A stretch of DNA of 52,499 nt, from the IMG/VR virus record IMGVR_UViG_3300001528_000174, positions 128,001-180,499 of that record; one strand, given 5' to 3'. Position 1 is the stretch's first letter. Each line of letters starts with the position of its first letter. This DNA is from a virus (Duplodnaviria; Heunggongvirae; Uroviricota; Caudoviricetes). Under the pieces are notes generated by a model, which saw only the letters and a program-made list of their open reading frames with translations, was not told where the DNA came from and ran no database searches. Below, in pieces: positions 38,945 to 48,886 of the stretch. The position numbers and the translations under genes were made by a program.

Positions 38945-39489
38945 ACTAAGTTATTACTTTTAGAATAACATTCTAATAATGTATAAAAGAAATCCATAGG
39001 AACCATTGCTAATGCTCCAGGACTTACACTTCCTTCAGTTGGAGCTTTCTTCCAGCATAGTACAAATGGTTTATCTTTATATGGGCAAGAATTTTCTATT
39101 TTAAAGTAAGCTGGAGTATTAGCAGTATGTTTAGCTTGAATATTTATAGGTAGTTTATTAGTTCTATCTATAATATCAACCTTATTATTGTCTGTAAACT
39201 TACTTTCTCCTCTAGCACTTACACACTCAGTGAATCCTATATCTTTAAGATGATGAATTATATCACTTTCCCATGCACTTCCTTTATTTCTAGATTTTTT
39301 AGCCTGGTAACTCTTTTTTGTATGGGGATTTATCCACTCATAAAGAGTTCCATCAGCCATCTTACCTGATTTATTACATCTTATTTTTAAAGCTGCTTGA
39401 CTTATCTTAGTCTTTTCTGCACATTCTTCTATAGATGCATAGTCATGGATATCTCCATTTTTATATGTTATTCTAATTGATGTATCCAA
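38941..39489 (-). CDS. Holliday-junction-resolvase-like PD-(D/E)xK nuclease with N-terminal NUMOD1-like HTH
   Basis: SRNKGSAWE...VDII...IQAK; N-terminal YASIEECAEKTKIS. Confidence 0.75.
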   Translation of the reverse strand: MDTSIRITYKNGDIHDYASIEECAEKTKISQAALKIRCNKSGKMADGTLYEWINPHTKKSYQAKKSRNKGSAWESDIIHHLKDIGFTECVSARGESKFTDNNKVDIIDRTNKLPINIQAKHTANTPAYFKIENSCPYKDKPFVLCWKKAPTEGSVSPGALAMVPMDFFYTLLECYSKSNNLV

Positions 39490-39496
39490 ATTCTAA

Positions 39497-40507
39497 TTAC
39501 TTCTTGACATAATTACTTAATTCTTTAATGTAATACTTGATGAATTTTAAAGTGTTTTCTCTACCATATTTTTTATAAAAATCACTTATATCTTTAACTT
39601 TAAATTTATGAGGTATAAAAAAATAAAATAATTCTGGATGTTTTTTTCTAATTTTAAGCATATTAAGTTTACCTGCTCTATCATTATCATAAAAAGTTAC
39701 TATATAAGTAAATCTTTCTTTTAAATCAGATAGCATATTTTCAGATAGCCACTGTGTTTCACTATTTGGGGCACAAGCTGTTATACCTAATCCTTTTAAA
39801 CACATAGTATCTTTCATACTTTTAGTTATAACTAATAAATTTCCTTTTTTAGGAAGTTGATTATAACCTTGGACTTTTTTTGAAGGCCAATTAGTTAGAA
39901 ATCTATACTCTCTACGCTTAGGGTAGTAAATTCTCCATAATTCTTTACCTTTCATCATCCCTCCATAATATCCAAAAATAAAATTATCTTTAGTTTTTAT
40001 AGTTTGAATATTACCATTTAAAAATACAGTGCGGCAGGAAAATACTTTATATTTATTTAATAACTCTAAAGATACTCCTTGTCTACTCCACCATTTTAAC
40101 TCATCTTCAGAAAATTCTTTTATTTCTACTTTAATATCAGCTGGTTCATTAGTTTTAACAAAACTTGTACTTGATTGTATTACAGATTGATAATTATTTT
40201 GTCCTTTTAATAAACCAAAATCCTTAGCTATAATATCTAGAGCTTGGTGATATTTACAGGCATATTTAGCCATAACTACTGATATAAAGTTCCCATAGAA
40301 AGAACCATTGAAATCATGGAATATAAGTTCTCCTTTAGAATTACGAAAAAAGGAGGCAGTAGGATTTTTATCTTTCCGTAAAGGATTACAAATTAATTTT
40401 TTTGAAACCTTGACTCCAAGATAATACTCCATATATGCCTCCTCTGTATTATATTTAAGTAAGTAGTCTTTGGTAATATCTGGTTTAAATGAAAAATCTA
40501 ACTCCAT
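39497..40507 (-). CDS. DnaG-like DNA primase (degenerate Zn finger plus TOPRIM)
   Basis: CNPLRKDKNPTASF...FHDF, ITKSMKD and YDNDRAG motifs. Confidence 0.85.
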   Translation of the reverse strand: MELDFSFKPDITKDYLLKYNTEEAYMEYYLGVKVSKKLICNPLRKDKNPTASFFRNSKGELIFHDFNGSFYGNFISVVMAKYACKYHQALDIIAKDFGLLKGQNNYQSVIQSSTSFVKTNEPADIKVEIKEFSEDELKWWSRQGVSLELLNKYKVFSCRTVFLNGNIQTIKTKDNFIFGYYGGMMKGKELWRIYYPKRREYRFLTNWPSKKVQGYNQLPKKGNLLVITKSMKDTMCLKGLGITACAPNSETQWLSENMLSDLKERFTYIVTFYDNDRAGKLNMLKIRKKHPELFYFFIPHKFKVKDISDFYKKYGRENTLKFIKYYIKELSNYVKK

Positions 40508-40529
40508 AAAACTACTTACTTTTTAATTA

Positions 40530-41300
40530 CTACATACCTGCTAACATAGCATCGAAGTCTTCATCTTGAGCTTCTTTGCCTTCTGTAGAATCAATGGATT
40601 TAGCTTCTTCAGAATCGGCAGCTGGAACAGGAGCAGTTGGTCTACGCTTCTCCATATCTTGCTGCAACTGAATTTCTTTAGTAGTAAAAGACAATTTACC
40701 CTCTTCCAAACTTGCAAAATTATCACGAATATAAAATTGTCCATCACTATTTATAGCACCAATATCAGGAATACGAGCAAATACATTACCCGTTTCTTCT
40801 GCAATTCCTTGTGCATTCTTTTTCTTCTCCTTACGACCAGTAAGTTTCAGATAAAAATCTTTTTTCATACAATACTTAGATAATACTGCCTGAAAAAGTT
40901 GCATAAACTGATCAGTATTTTTACAAGCAGGAGCTTTAGTTACAAATAACTCTTTAGCTTTATCTCCACCTACTACTGCTATAATATGTAGCATAAAACC
41001 TTTAAGCTGTTCAAATGCTGAAGGAAGAGTGTATGCAAATTCATTACCATTAGAATCTTTGTTTTTACCTTCATATCTCTTAGTAGAGTTCTCTGTAGGA
41101 TAAAATAAAGATTCCTGATAAGTTCCATTTTCCCCTTCAAAATGAAGAACTAAAGACTTCCATGTAGTAGAAGGGTCTTGTTTACCTTTACCTTCCTTAG
41201 TTTCAATACTCTTCAACTGAACAAGATTAACAGTATAAGGACGAAGACCTTTCTTACTTGTTGCGTTAATTTCTCCAAGACCACCAAAATTCAAACTCAT
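40530..41300 (-). CDS. Putative single-stranded DNA-binding protein
   Basis: Lies between the primase and the Sak4-like ATPase; beta-rich N-terminus; acidic C-terminal tail. Confidence 0.55.
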   Translation of the reverse strand: MSLNFGGLGEINATSKKGLRPYTVNLVQLKSIETKEGKGKQDPSTTWKSLVLHFEGENGTYQESLFYPTENSTKRYEGKNKDSNGNEFAYTLPSAFEQLKGFMLHIIAVVGGDKAKELFVTKAPACKNTDQFMQLFQAVLSKYCMKKDFYLKLTGRKEKKKNAQGIAEETGNVFARIPDIGAINSDGQFYIRDNFASLEEGKLSFTTKEIQLQQDMEKRRPTAPVPAADSEEAKSIDSTEGKEAQDEDFDAMLAGM

Positions 41301-41312
41301 ATTGCTATATTA

Positions 41313-41918
41313 TTAAAGATTATCAAAATTAAAATCAGTATCTGAAATTTCTGTATCATCTGCATTGCCATCAATTAGGCTAGCCATTTCGTCATCTAAT
41401 TCATCTTCTGAAGCAATGTCTTCCGCCTCTGGAACGACATCTTCTTTAATCTCAGGTTCATTATTACCTGTTAATATAAACAACCCATCAATTTTAGGGT
41501 GTGGAGTAAAAGTAAATTCATTACCGTGCTCAGCAAGGTTCTGATTATTCTTTCCTCTATATGAGACTGCATTCTTCTGAGTTAACTTATTACCAGATTG
41601 CGTTCCAAATGTTTCAGCAGCTCCAATAACTAAGCATTCCTTCTTATTAAGCTTTTGCTGTTTAATATCTACTTTATCTCCAGGTTCTACACCAAGAGCT
41701 TCAACAGCTGCCTTATTAAGAATATATTTATTCTCTTCGAGAATTAACAGTGGATTTGGATTAGAGTCATCTATCTCGGTATCTTTCTTTTTAGAAGAAG
41801 ACTTACGAGTAGAAGGCTTTTTAATTGTATCGTCCTTAAGTTCACGTGTATCAGTGAAAGTCTCTCCAGTTTCTTCATCAAGCCATTCAGACTTGATTGT
41901 CATTTTAATTAGCTTCAT
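41313..41918 (-). CDS. Hypothetical protein with very acidic tail
   Basis: 201 aa; LNKAAVEALGVEPGDKV (AbrB-like) and GNKLT. Confidence 0.6.
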   Translation of the reverse strand: MKLIKMTIKSEWLDEETGETFTDTRELKDDTIKKPSTRKSSSKKKDTEIDDSNPNPLLILEENKYILNKAAVEALGVEPGDKVDIKQQKLNKKECLVIGAAETFGTQSGNKLTQKNAVSYRGKNNQNLAEHGNEFTFTPHPKIDGLFILTGNNEPEIKEDVVPEAEDIASEDELDDEMASLIDGNADDTEISDTDFNFDNL

Positions 41919-42660
41919 TTAAAATATCGTCCTCATTATTGGTTTCATTAGATTCATCTGCGATTTCTTCTTCATCATCGCCATACTCAAAGTTATGGAT
42001 GGTATCTAGAACCTTTTGCATATTTGGTTCAATCAATTTATCTTTAAAACATCCATCAACACTACGACAGGTATCGTTTCCATTAGTTTTTGTTCTAAAG
42101 AAATAGCTAATATTACCTTCATCATCAACTTGACGCTCAGTATATAAAATGTAAGAAAACAAACCATCAATGTTTACAGTTCTGTCCAACATTTTACCAC
42201 TAGAATACAGCTGCCAATGTTCCTCGAGGTCAGTACCTGCATTAATAATATGGCTAATGAATACTACATTAAGGTCTTCACGTAGCTCACTAGCTTCCAT
42301 GATTAAATCATAGTAATTTTTTGCAAATACAACGTGTTTATCCCACCCTTTCTCAAGTGCAGAATCCATTATATTATTTGAAAGGCAATAATTAGCATCA
42401 TCAATAATTACTGTCTTAATATCTGGACGTAATTTATCAATAACTTTTAACCATTTACCAATAGTTGAATAATCATTAGATACTAACCAGTTACCAACTG
42501 GTTTTTTATCCACAATTTCAACTTTCTTATATTTACGTCTAAATCCAGGAATTTGAAGTTGCTTATTAGTACAACTAATAATAAATGTTGATTTATAATC
42601 CAAATAACGCAATGAGGTACTTTTGCCAGTACCACTTAAACCTGCTAAACCAATAATCAT
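41905..42660 (-). CDS. Sak4/AAA_24-like P-loop ATPase (recombination)
   Basis: GLSGTGKSTS, IIDD, ISH and GKMLD...DGLF motifs. Confidence 0.85.
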   Translation of the reverse strand: MIIGLAGLSGTGKSTSLRYLDYKSTFIISCTNKQLQIPGFRRKYKKVEIVDKKPVGNWLVSNDYSTIGKWLKVIDKLRPDIKTVIIDDANYCLSNNIMDSALEKGWDKHVVFAKNYYDLIMEASELREDLNVVFISHIINAGTDLEEHWQLYSSGKMLDRTVNIDGLFSYILYTERQVDDEGNISYFFRTKTNGNDTCRSVDGCFKDKLIEPNMQKVLDTIHNFEYGDDEEEIADESNETNNEDDILNEAN

Positions 42661-43739
42661 AAACTATAGTCTAATTTATTATTCATTTTCTTATTTTCAT
42701 CTTCATTTTCTTGTATATTATCTGTTAAATTATTATCTGTAGTACGGTACTTAGAATAATCAAAGATTTCAGAAGGAGGTGGTAATTCTACCCATTTATT
42801 AGTCATTCCATCAAAGAAGCAGCAATCAGCTACTTGGTTTTCTCCATATCTTGATTTTAGAACAAGAATACTTCGGAATCTATAACCCATTTCTTTTACT
42901 TGATAGCCCCTATAAGAAGAACGTTTATCAACTTGGGGATTATAGACTGCTAAAATCAATTCGCTCGCTTCACTTGGTGTACCAGTTTCTTTGATATCTT
43001 CAACCATGGGCTCCATAAATGCCTCATTTTTCTTCCTATCCATATTAGCCACACTTCTATTAGATTGCATAATAAAGAGAACTGATAAATCTGTTTTATT
43101 TCTAACAACTACTAATTTATTAGCACAATCATCAATTTCTCCTTTCTTATTACGTCCATTAGAAGGAACTAATAATCCAGCGTGATCTATTATAGCTAAA
43201 ATAGTTTGCTCAGGATTATTTGGAGTATAAGTATCATTTTCAAAAGTGCCTTCTTCTTTAAGAATTTGCATAATTTCAGATATTACCTTATCAGAAGTAT
43301 GAGCACCATCAAAAATTATTAATTTTTTATATACTTTTTCTAACCATTCATATCCTAATTGTACATACTCATAAATATCATCAGGTAAAGTATAATCTTT
43401 ACCAATAGAAAGTATCTGTTTAGCAGATATTCTGATATGATATGTATCATACAAATATGTGCTTAATAATTTAGCTATAATAAAAGATTCTTTCATCTCA
43501 AGAGCAAAGAAAACAATTTTAATTTTATTATCTTCTAAGTGCTCTTTTAATGGAATATAAACATAAGAATACAATGCACAACTTGATTTACCCACTCCCG
43601 AAGAAGCAAATAGCAAAGTAAAAGTACTTTTAGTAAGTCCTCCTGTTATCTCTTCTAGCTTAGGTAATCCTATACTTAATCCATGATTTCTTCCTAATCT
43701 ACCATTTTCTACTTCTTTTTTAAAACTTTCTAAACTCAC
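42657..43739 (-). CDS. DnaB-like (SF4) replicative helicase
   Basis: ASSGVGKS, ALEM, IIDH, QSNR and LKSRYG motifs. Confidence 0.88.
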   Translation of the reverse strand: MSLESFKKEVENGRLGRNHGLSIGLPKLEEITGGLTKSTFTLLFASSGVGKSSCALYSYVYIPLKEHLEDNKIKIVFFALEMKESFIIAKLLSTYLYDTYHIRISAKQILSIGKDYTLPDDIYEYVQLGYEWLEKVYKKLIIFDGAHTSDKVISEIMQILKEEGTFENDTYTPNNPEQTILAIIDHAGLLVPSNGRNKKGEIDDCANKLVVVRNKTDLSVLFIMQSNRSVANMDRKKNEAFMEPMVEDIKETGTPSEASELILAVYNPQVDKRSSYRGYQVKEMGYRFRSILVLKSRYGENQVADCCFFDGMTNKWVELPPPSEIFDYSKYRTTDNNLTDNIQENEDENKKMNNKLDYSL

Positions 43740-44347
43740 AAAGTTGCGACAGTATTACAATCCATTCCAGTATCTCCATTCTTTAAAGCTTCAAGGTCTT
43801 CCCATTTTTCATCTACAATAAATGTAGCTAAGCTATAATTAATAATACCATTATCAGTAGTTGCTTCCCAATCCAATAAATCTATAATTTTTTTATGAAT
43901 TTCTCCATTCCAATGAATCTTTTTACCATAAGTACGGTAAGCATCCTCTAAACTATTGAATTTTTTAGAGACGCCTAACATACTAGTTAAGCATCCATTA
44001 ATATTTCTAAATCTTGGATAATGTTCTCTAAGTTCTTTCCCCATTTCAAAAGAACTCTTAGAGAGACATTTAAGAAAGTTTTTATTAAATGGTATTTCTT
44101 CAGGAACTAATTTCATTCCTGAAACAATTTTATAGCTTTTAAGAATTAAACCTTTATCTTGTAAAGATTTAAGAATATCTATAAAACTTCCTACATATTT
44201 TTTATCTATGGCTAAATATCTTTGAAGATAATTTTCTGAGTAATCTTCTATATAAGCGTTAATAGCTTTAACAACAAATAATTCAGTAGGAGTAATATTA
44301 TATTTTTCTAAAATTGTTATTTCTTCATCAATGTTTAAATCAAACAT
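43736..44347 (-). CDS. Putative replication initiator/helicase loader
   Basis: N-terminal winged-helix-like region, ELREHYP and C-terminal ATFI...W; directly upstream of the helicase. Confidence 0.45.
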   Translation of the reverse strand: MFDLNIDEEITILEKYNITPTELFVVKAINAYIEDYSENYLQRYLAIDKKYVGSFIDILKSLQDKGLILKSYKIVSGMKLVPEEIPFNKNFLKCLSKSSFEMGKELREHYPRFRNINGCLTSMLGVSKKFNSLEDAYRTYGKKIHWNGEIHKKIIDLLDWEATTDNGIINYSLATFIVDEKWEDLEALKNGDTGMDCNTVATL

Positions 44348-44425
44348 ACAGTAATTCGGATAATTAAAAGTCTTCCATACTGTAATTAAGTTAGTCTCTT
44401 TTCAGAGCGATATTAATACATAGAT

Positions 44426-46101
44426 TTAGAATCTAAAATCAAATTTAGGAACTATCTTTTCACCTGGAGTAAAGTCTTTACCTTGCAATACTTTATCCAA
44501 TTCTGATTCGTCTATAGTTATAAAAGAATCCCCCTTATGAGAATCATAAAACCACTTAGTTTCTTGAGTTCTATTTAATATTATATTAAATATCTCAGCT
44601 GTTTTACCTTGCTCAAAACGAATTGCTCGTCCTCTACGCTGAGTAGCACTAGTCTTAGAACTATCAATTCCAATCATAATAGCTACTGATAAACCTTTTA
44701 CATCAAGACCTTCATTTACTTTACGAATGGTAGAGAGTAATTTAATTTTTCCAGAATTGAAATCTTCAATAGCTGTACTACTTCTTTTTTTAGAAGTTTT
44801 ACTAGAATATACAGTAGCATTCGGAATTTTTTCTGCCATCTTTATATTATTGGCAAAAGTTATTATTTTTTTATCTTTCCTAGCTTCTATAATTTTCTTA
44901 GCTATTTCAATTTTTTTTGGATGGTTATTTATAAAAGCTTTTTTCTCTTGCATAGTTGCCCAAAATCTGATAGCATGATAGTTTATATTTTGTAATACTT
45001 CAGATTTTTTATTAGGGTCAGTACACATAGAATCTCTTAGGAGTAATTTATTTCGCCAGCCATTTGGACCAACTAGTTTATTTACTAACTCCCAAGAGAA
45101 TCCAAAAAACTCAAAATGGGAAACAAACTCTTTATTTAGTCTCTCATATTCTTCTAAATCATCCACATTAACTAATACCATATATTCCTTATATGGGCTT
45201 ATCCATCCATTTTCAAGACATTCAGCAGTAGTAATTGTATCAATTACTGGGCAATATTTTGCTAATATCTTATCTCTACCATCAAGACGTTCAAAAGTAG
45301 CTGTAAGACCTAAAATAAATTGATATTTTACTACTTCAAATAGTTTAACAAAGGTTTGAGCAGCATAACGATGACACTCATCCATTACTATAAGATCATA
45401 TTTAGCTGGGTATTTTATTACAGTATTTATTACTTTAACTTCACAGTTTAAACCTAGTCCATTAGAGTCTATATGACCATACCACTGCTTTAATAAAGTT
45501 TCTGTAGGTACAACTATAAGAACCCTATATTGAGGAAAATGTTTTAATACAGTTTTGATACAATTTAATCCTACACGAGATTTCAGTATTGTTATCATAT
45601 AGCTTTTTATCTATATTTCTTATTATTACTAATAAGCTCCGCATAGATTTTTACCCACTTATTTCAGTTGGGGCATCGAACACTCATGGAGAAATTATAT
45701 TCTAACAAAAATAGTCTAGATTAACTAGACTATTTATTAGGTTCATTCTCTATGCTGTACGGTGTAGAAGATTCTTTAGTTCCTTCTATTACCTCGGTAT
45801 TACCCTCTACAGGGCTTCCACCGATTTTGCTCGATAATAATTCCGAAGATTCCTCTATCGGAACGGCGTCGTAATTAACAGGTATATAGGTATCACTAAA
45901 ATAAAATTTATATCCGCTACTTTTTTAGCAGTAACTGGAAATTAAACCTATATGACCCGCTTTTACAGTACCAAATCCCGTCCCAGCAACTATAGTGCCT
46001 AAACAGCGATTTTTAACCCATTTTCTTCTACATTCTTCTTGTCGTTCGTCTCTAGTGATTTTATGAAATAACTCACCTTCAATCAGAGAGTTTGTAGCCA
46101 T
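44426..46101 (-). CDS. SF2 (DExH) helicase, spliced: exon 1 46101-45970, exon 2 45583-44426 (429 aa)
   Basis: Splicing restores Walker A AGTGFG|KS; VVPT, DECH, GLTAT, EGLD and QRRGR motifs. Confidence 0.9.
45584..45969 (-). mobile_element. ORF-less group I intron (386 nt) in the helicase Walker A
   Basis: 5' exon ends in U (GGU); intron ends in G. P3 AUCGAGCA/UGUUCGAU, P4 AUCGGUG/UACCGAG, P7 GCAUA/UAUGC. Confidence 0.88.
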
Positions 46102-47065
46102 TGTAATCAGCTACAGCTTTAATTTGCTTAATTCTCTTCTCCCATTCAGAGGCTTGCCATCTTACTTTATTTTCAAGATGTAATAGAACTTTATCACGTA
46201 AAGTTTCTAACTGAACTCTAGTTAAATCACTATAACGTTTATCATATTTATCTTTACGGAAGGTAAGCATAGCACCGAACTCCTTAAGAGTAAGACCTTT
46301 ACGGTCATCTATCTTAAGAACAAGACCCTTTTTATCTTCTGGATTCTTTGGGTCTCTTAATTTAATACCTAGAATTTCAGCAGCCTGCTTAATTCTATCT
46401 ACTAATTTACCATTTTCATCCTTTTTATTTAACTCCATTAATTCAGAACGTGTAAACCATAATCCAAGCTCTGTAATAAAAGTAAGAGTAATATGTTTAC
46501 GGACACATTTACCTAAAGCTGAGAGACAAGCCTCTCTAACAATATTTAATGGCAAAGATGCGAATATAGTGAATGAAGCTTCATCACTATTCATAATATC
46601 ATTAAGAGTCCATTCTTTAAATAAAGTATCTGCAATGGTACTAGCATTAGTTTCTCCCTCGCCTTTCTCAGCATTTTCTTTAGCAAAGACTTCTGCTTGA
46701 GCAGCAATTTGATTGTTGAGCATATTGAAGAAACTTGTTCTAACAATACCTTGTCTAGTACTACCTTCTCCTGGGTAAGCAAGCCAAATTAGAAATAGTT
46801 CAGCGTTACAACGTGTTCTTTGGTCTTCAATTTGCTCCAATAAAACTCGTCTACCAGGATTTTCATAATTATCACTATATAACATTGATTCACAATGCTT
46901 ATAAGCTTTACGAAGTTCATCCTCCGTCATATCTACCATTTTAATAGTAGATTGAACGCGTTCACCATTTACAATTTTTCTTGAACCTTTCCAAAGAAAA
47001 GTTTCTACATTGTTATTCTTAGCTTTAATAGCTTGATTAAGTTTATCACCTAAAACTGTTGTCAT
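46079..47065 (-). CDS. Hypothetical protein
   Basis: 328 aa; FLWKG, HCESMLY...NPGR, HITLTFI...G. Confidence 0.75.
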   Translation of the reverse strand: MTTVLGDKLNQAIKAKNNNVETFLWKGSRKIVNGERVQSTIKMVDMTEDELRKAYKHCESMLYSDNYENPGRRVLLEQIEDQRTRCNAELFLIWLAYPGEGSTRQGIVRTSFFNMLNNQIAAQAEVFAKENAEKGEGETNASTIADTLFKEWTLNDIMNSDEASFTIFASLPLNIVREACLSALGKCVRKHITLTFITELGLWFTRSELMELNKKDENGKLVDRIKQAAEILGIKLRDPKNPEDKKGLVLKIDDRKGLTLKEFGAMLTFRKDKYDKRYSDLTRVQLETLRDKVLLHLENKVRWQASEWEKRIKQIKAVADYNGYKLSD

Positions 47066-47082
47066 AAATCTTAAAAGATTAT

Positions 47083-47397
47083 TTATTCTATTATCATGTC
47101 ATCTACGTTTTTAGGTCGTTGTGGAACAAATTTAATAAACCAAATATTATTATATTTATATTTCTGTTGTGTATTTCCATCGTACCATTCATCTATTCCT
47201 GCCATCACGGGTTTTACTTCAAGATACCCAATATCTCCAAAATTAATATTTGGAGTATTCCAATTAGGAGGTTGGGTACACATAAGATATTTAGTTTTTT
47301 CTCGAAGTTTATCCTCGTTGTCTAACAATTCAAATACATATATTATATAGCCTAAGCCATCATTAAATTTCTCAAGTAGTTTACTATAAACAACCAT
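47083..47397 (-). CDS. Hypothetical protein, possible OB fold
   Basis: 104 aa; YLMCTQPPNW...GDIGYL...AGIDEWYDG. Confidence 0.65.
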   Translation of the reverse strand: MVVYSKLLEKFNDGLGYIIYVFELLDNEDKLREKTKYLMCTQPPNWNTPNINFGDIGYLEVKPVMAGIDEWYDGNTQQKYKYNNIWFIKFVPQRPKNVDDMIIE

Positions 47398-47481
47398 TAA
47401 TTGATAAATAATGTTTCCTCAATAATATGGTAATCCTTTTTCAAGGCGTAAATATTATTTATCAATTTTTAGTAATTTTAG

Positions 47482-47649
47482 TTATCTAGGACTATAATTT
47501 TTACATCCATATTTTGCAAAATTGCATTTAAGCATATCCATGTTCATTAAACATTTATATCTTTTACAATTTTTACAATCTCTATCTGGAAATTTAAATT
47601 TTTTACCATCAGTATCTTTTATGTATGTATCTAATGTATTAGAGCACAT
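47482..47649 (-). CDS. Small Cys-rich protein (55 aa; not in ORF track)
   Basis: MCSNTLDTYIKDTDGKKFKFPDRDCKNCKRYKCLMNMDMLKCNFAKYGCKNYSPR. Confidence 0.6.
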   Translation of the reverse strand: MCSNTLDTYIKDTDGKKFKFPDRDCKNCKRYKCLMNMDMLKCNFAKYGCKNYSPR

Positions 47650-47996
47650 ATTATAGACAATATACTTATACCTCCAAATAAATAATTCAATTTTGATAAT
47701 TTTTTATTTTGTATATACAATTCTTTATTTTTATCAGATTGAGTTTTTATTTGGTAATCTTTATATACTATTGTGCTATCTAGAGTATTTACTAAAGATT
47801 TATAGTTATTTAATTGTATTTTTTGTAAGCTATCATTCTTTAATAAGTACTTATGTTCATTAAAAATAAGATTAGTTACTTTTAATTGATATGGTGTCAA
47901 TAAGAAGTTTTCTCCCGACTTCTCGAATGTAGTTTGTGAAAAACTGCATATCGCTATCAGGAGACTGGCTAATAATATTGTTCCTCTCTTTAACAT
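47631..47996 (-). CDS. Secreted/membrane coiled-coil protein, possible spanin component
   Basis: N-terminal signal-like sequence, coiled coil and C-terminal TM helix; overlaps the upstream gene. Confidence 0.45.
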   Translation of the reverse strand: MLKRGTILLASLLIAICSFSQTTFEKSGENFLLTPYQLKVTNLIFNEHKYLLKNDSLQKIQLNNYKSLVNTLDSTIVYKDYQIKTQSDKNKELYIQNKKLSKLNYLFGGISILSIICALIH

Positions 47997-48204
47997 AGAT
48001 GGTTTTATTATTATAGATAGCAGTATCTCCCTTATTAATAGTAATTTTAATAGAATCTTTTTTACTATTTAGAGAGTCTAACTTTCTTTCTACATTATTT
48101 TCAGAAATTACAGGCTTATTACTATAACCTTTATATAAAAATATAGAAGCCCCTATAATAGTTAAAAGAATAATTATTAAAATTACTCTATCTATAACTT
48201 TCAT
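47872..48204 (-). CDS. Membrane-anchored protein, possible i-spanin
   Basis: N-terminal TM helix followed by a polar helical region. Confidence 0.45.
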   Translation of the reverse strand: MKVIDRVILIIILLTIIGASIFLYKGYSNKPVISENNVERKLDSLNSKKDSIKITINKGDTAIYNNKTIYVKERNNIISQSPDSDMQFFTNYIREVGRKLLIDTISIKSN

Positions 48205-48620
48205 TAGTTAGCTATTTTATGACTTATTAAAGCAGTCTGCTTAGCCTGTTCAAATTTAGCTTTAGCTTTAGCGTAAGGTTTACTATACTGTTCAGGATAT
48301 TGCTTTACATGATTAACTTCATTATCTAGCATATACTTAACAGTGGCAATATTCAGAAGTCCAGCTCTACCTATAATATCATTTCCGTCTCTACAAACTG
48401 ATGCTTTACCATAAGCAATCTTTTTACCAAGTTGAGAATTGTTCTTATCAACTGGGTTACACAAAGATACTCCAAACCTAAGTATTCTATGTAAAGAGTT
48501 CATAGCAGTAAACTCTGTAAGAAGGGCACATACTACAAAATAATGGTCTTTGCCTTCAAAATCAATAAAGCTACCTTCTCTATACTCTACTAATTTTTCT
48601 TTTTCGTTTTCGAAAGTCAT
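48204..48620 (-). CDS. Protein with GxSxCxPxD...GxxIAxxxA motif (gp49/gp66-like)
   Basis: FGVSLCNPVDKNNSQLGKKIAYGKA. Confidence 0.55.
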   Translation of the reverse strand: MTFENEKEKLVEYREGSFIDFEGKDHYFVVCALLTEFTAMNSLHRILRFGVSLCNPVDKNNSQLGKKIAYGKASVCRDGNDIIGRAGLLNIATVKYMLDNEVNHVKQYPEQYSKPYAKAKAKFEQAKQTALISHKIAN

Positions 48621-48886
48621 AATTTTTTATAATTTGAATTATTAAAAATATAATCTAAAGGAGCAGATATTAAATCTATTGATTTAATGATTCTATATCC
48701 AATTTTTTTAGTAACTTGAATACGCTCCTTTAATGGTTTATTTGAAGATATAAATTTACTGCCTAACAACTCTACTCTATCTTTATAATGAGCATACGCA
48801 GTAAGTTCATAGATGAACACTTTAGAAACTGTAATATCTCTAAAGTGTTCATCTCTCCAAGTAGTTACTGGAATGGATTTAATCAT
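48617..48886 (-). CDS. Hypothetical protein
   Basis: 89-aa coupled ORF. Confidence 0.55.
   Translation of the reverse strand: MIKSIPVTTWRDEHFRDITVSKVFIYELTAYAHYKDRVELLGSKFISSNKPLKERIQVTKKIGYRIIKSIDLISAPLDYIFNNSNYKKL

Noticed and set aside
13729-46101. Inteins as the explanation for the interrupted genes
   Set aside because: The insertions contain stop codons and group I RNA elements, with no C/S...HN splice residues.
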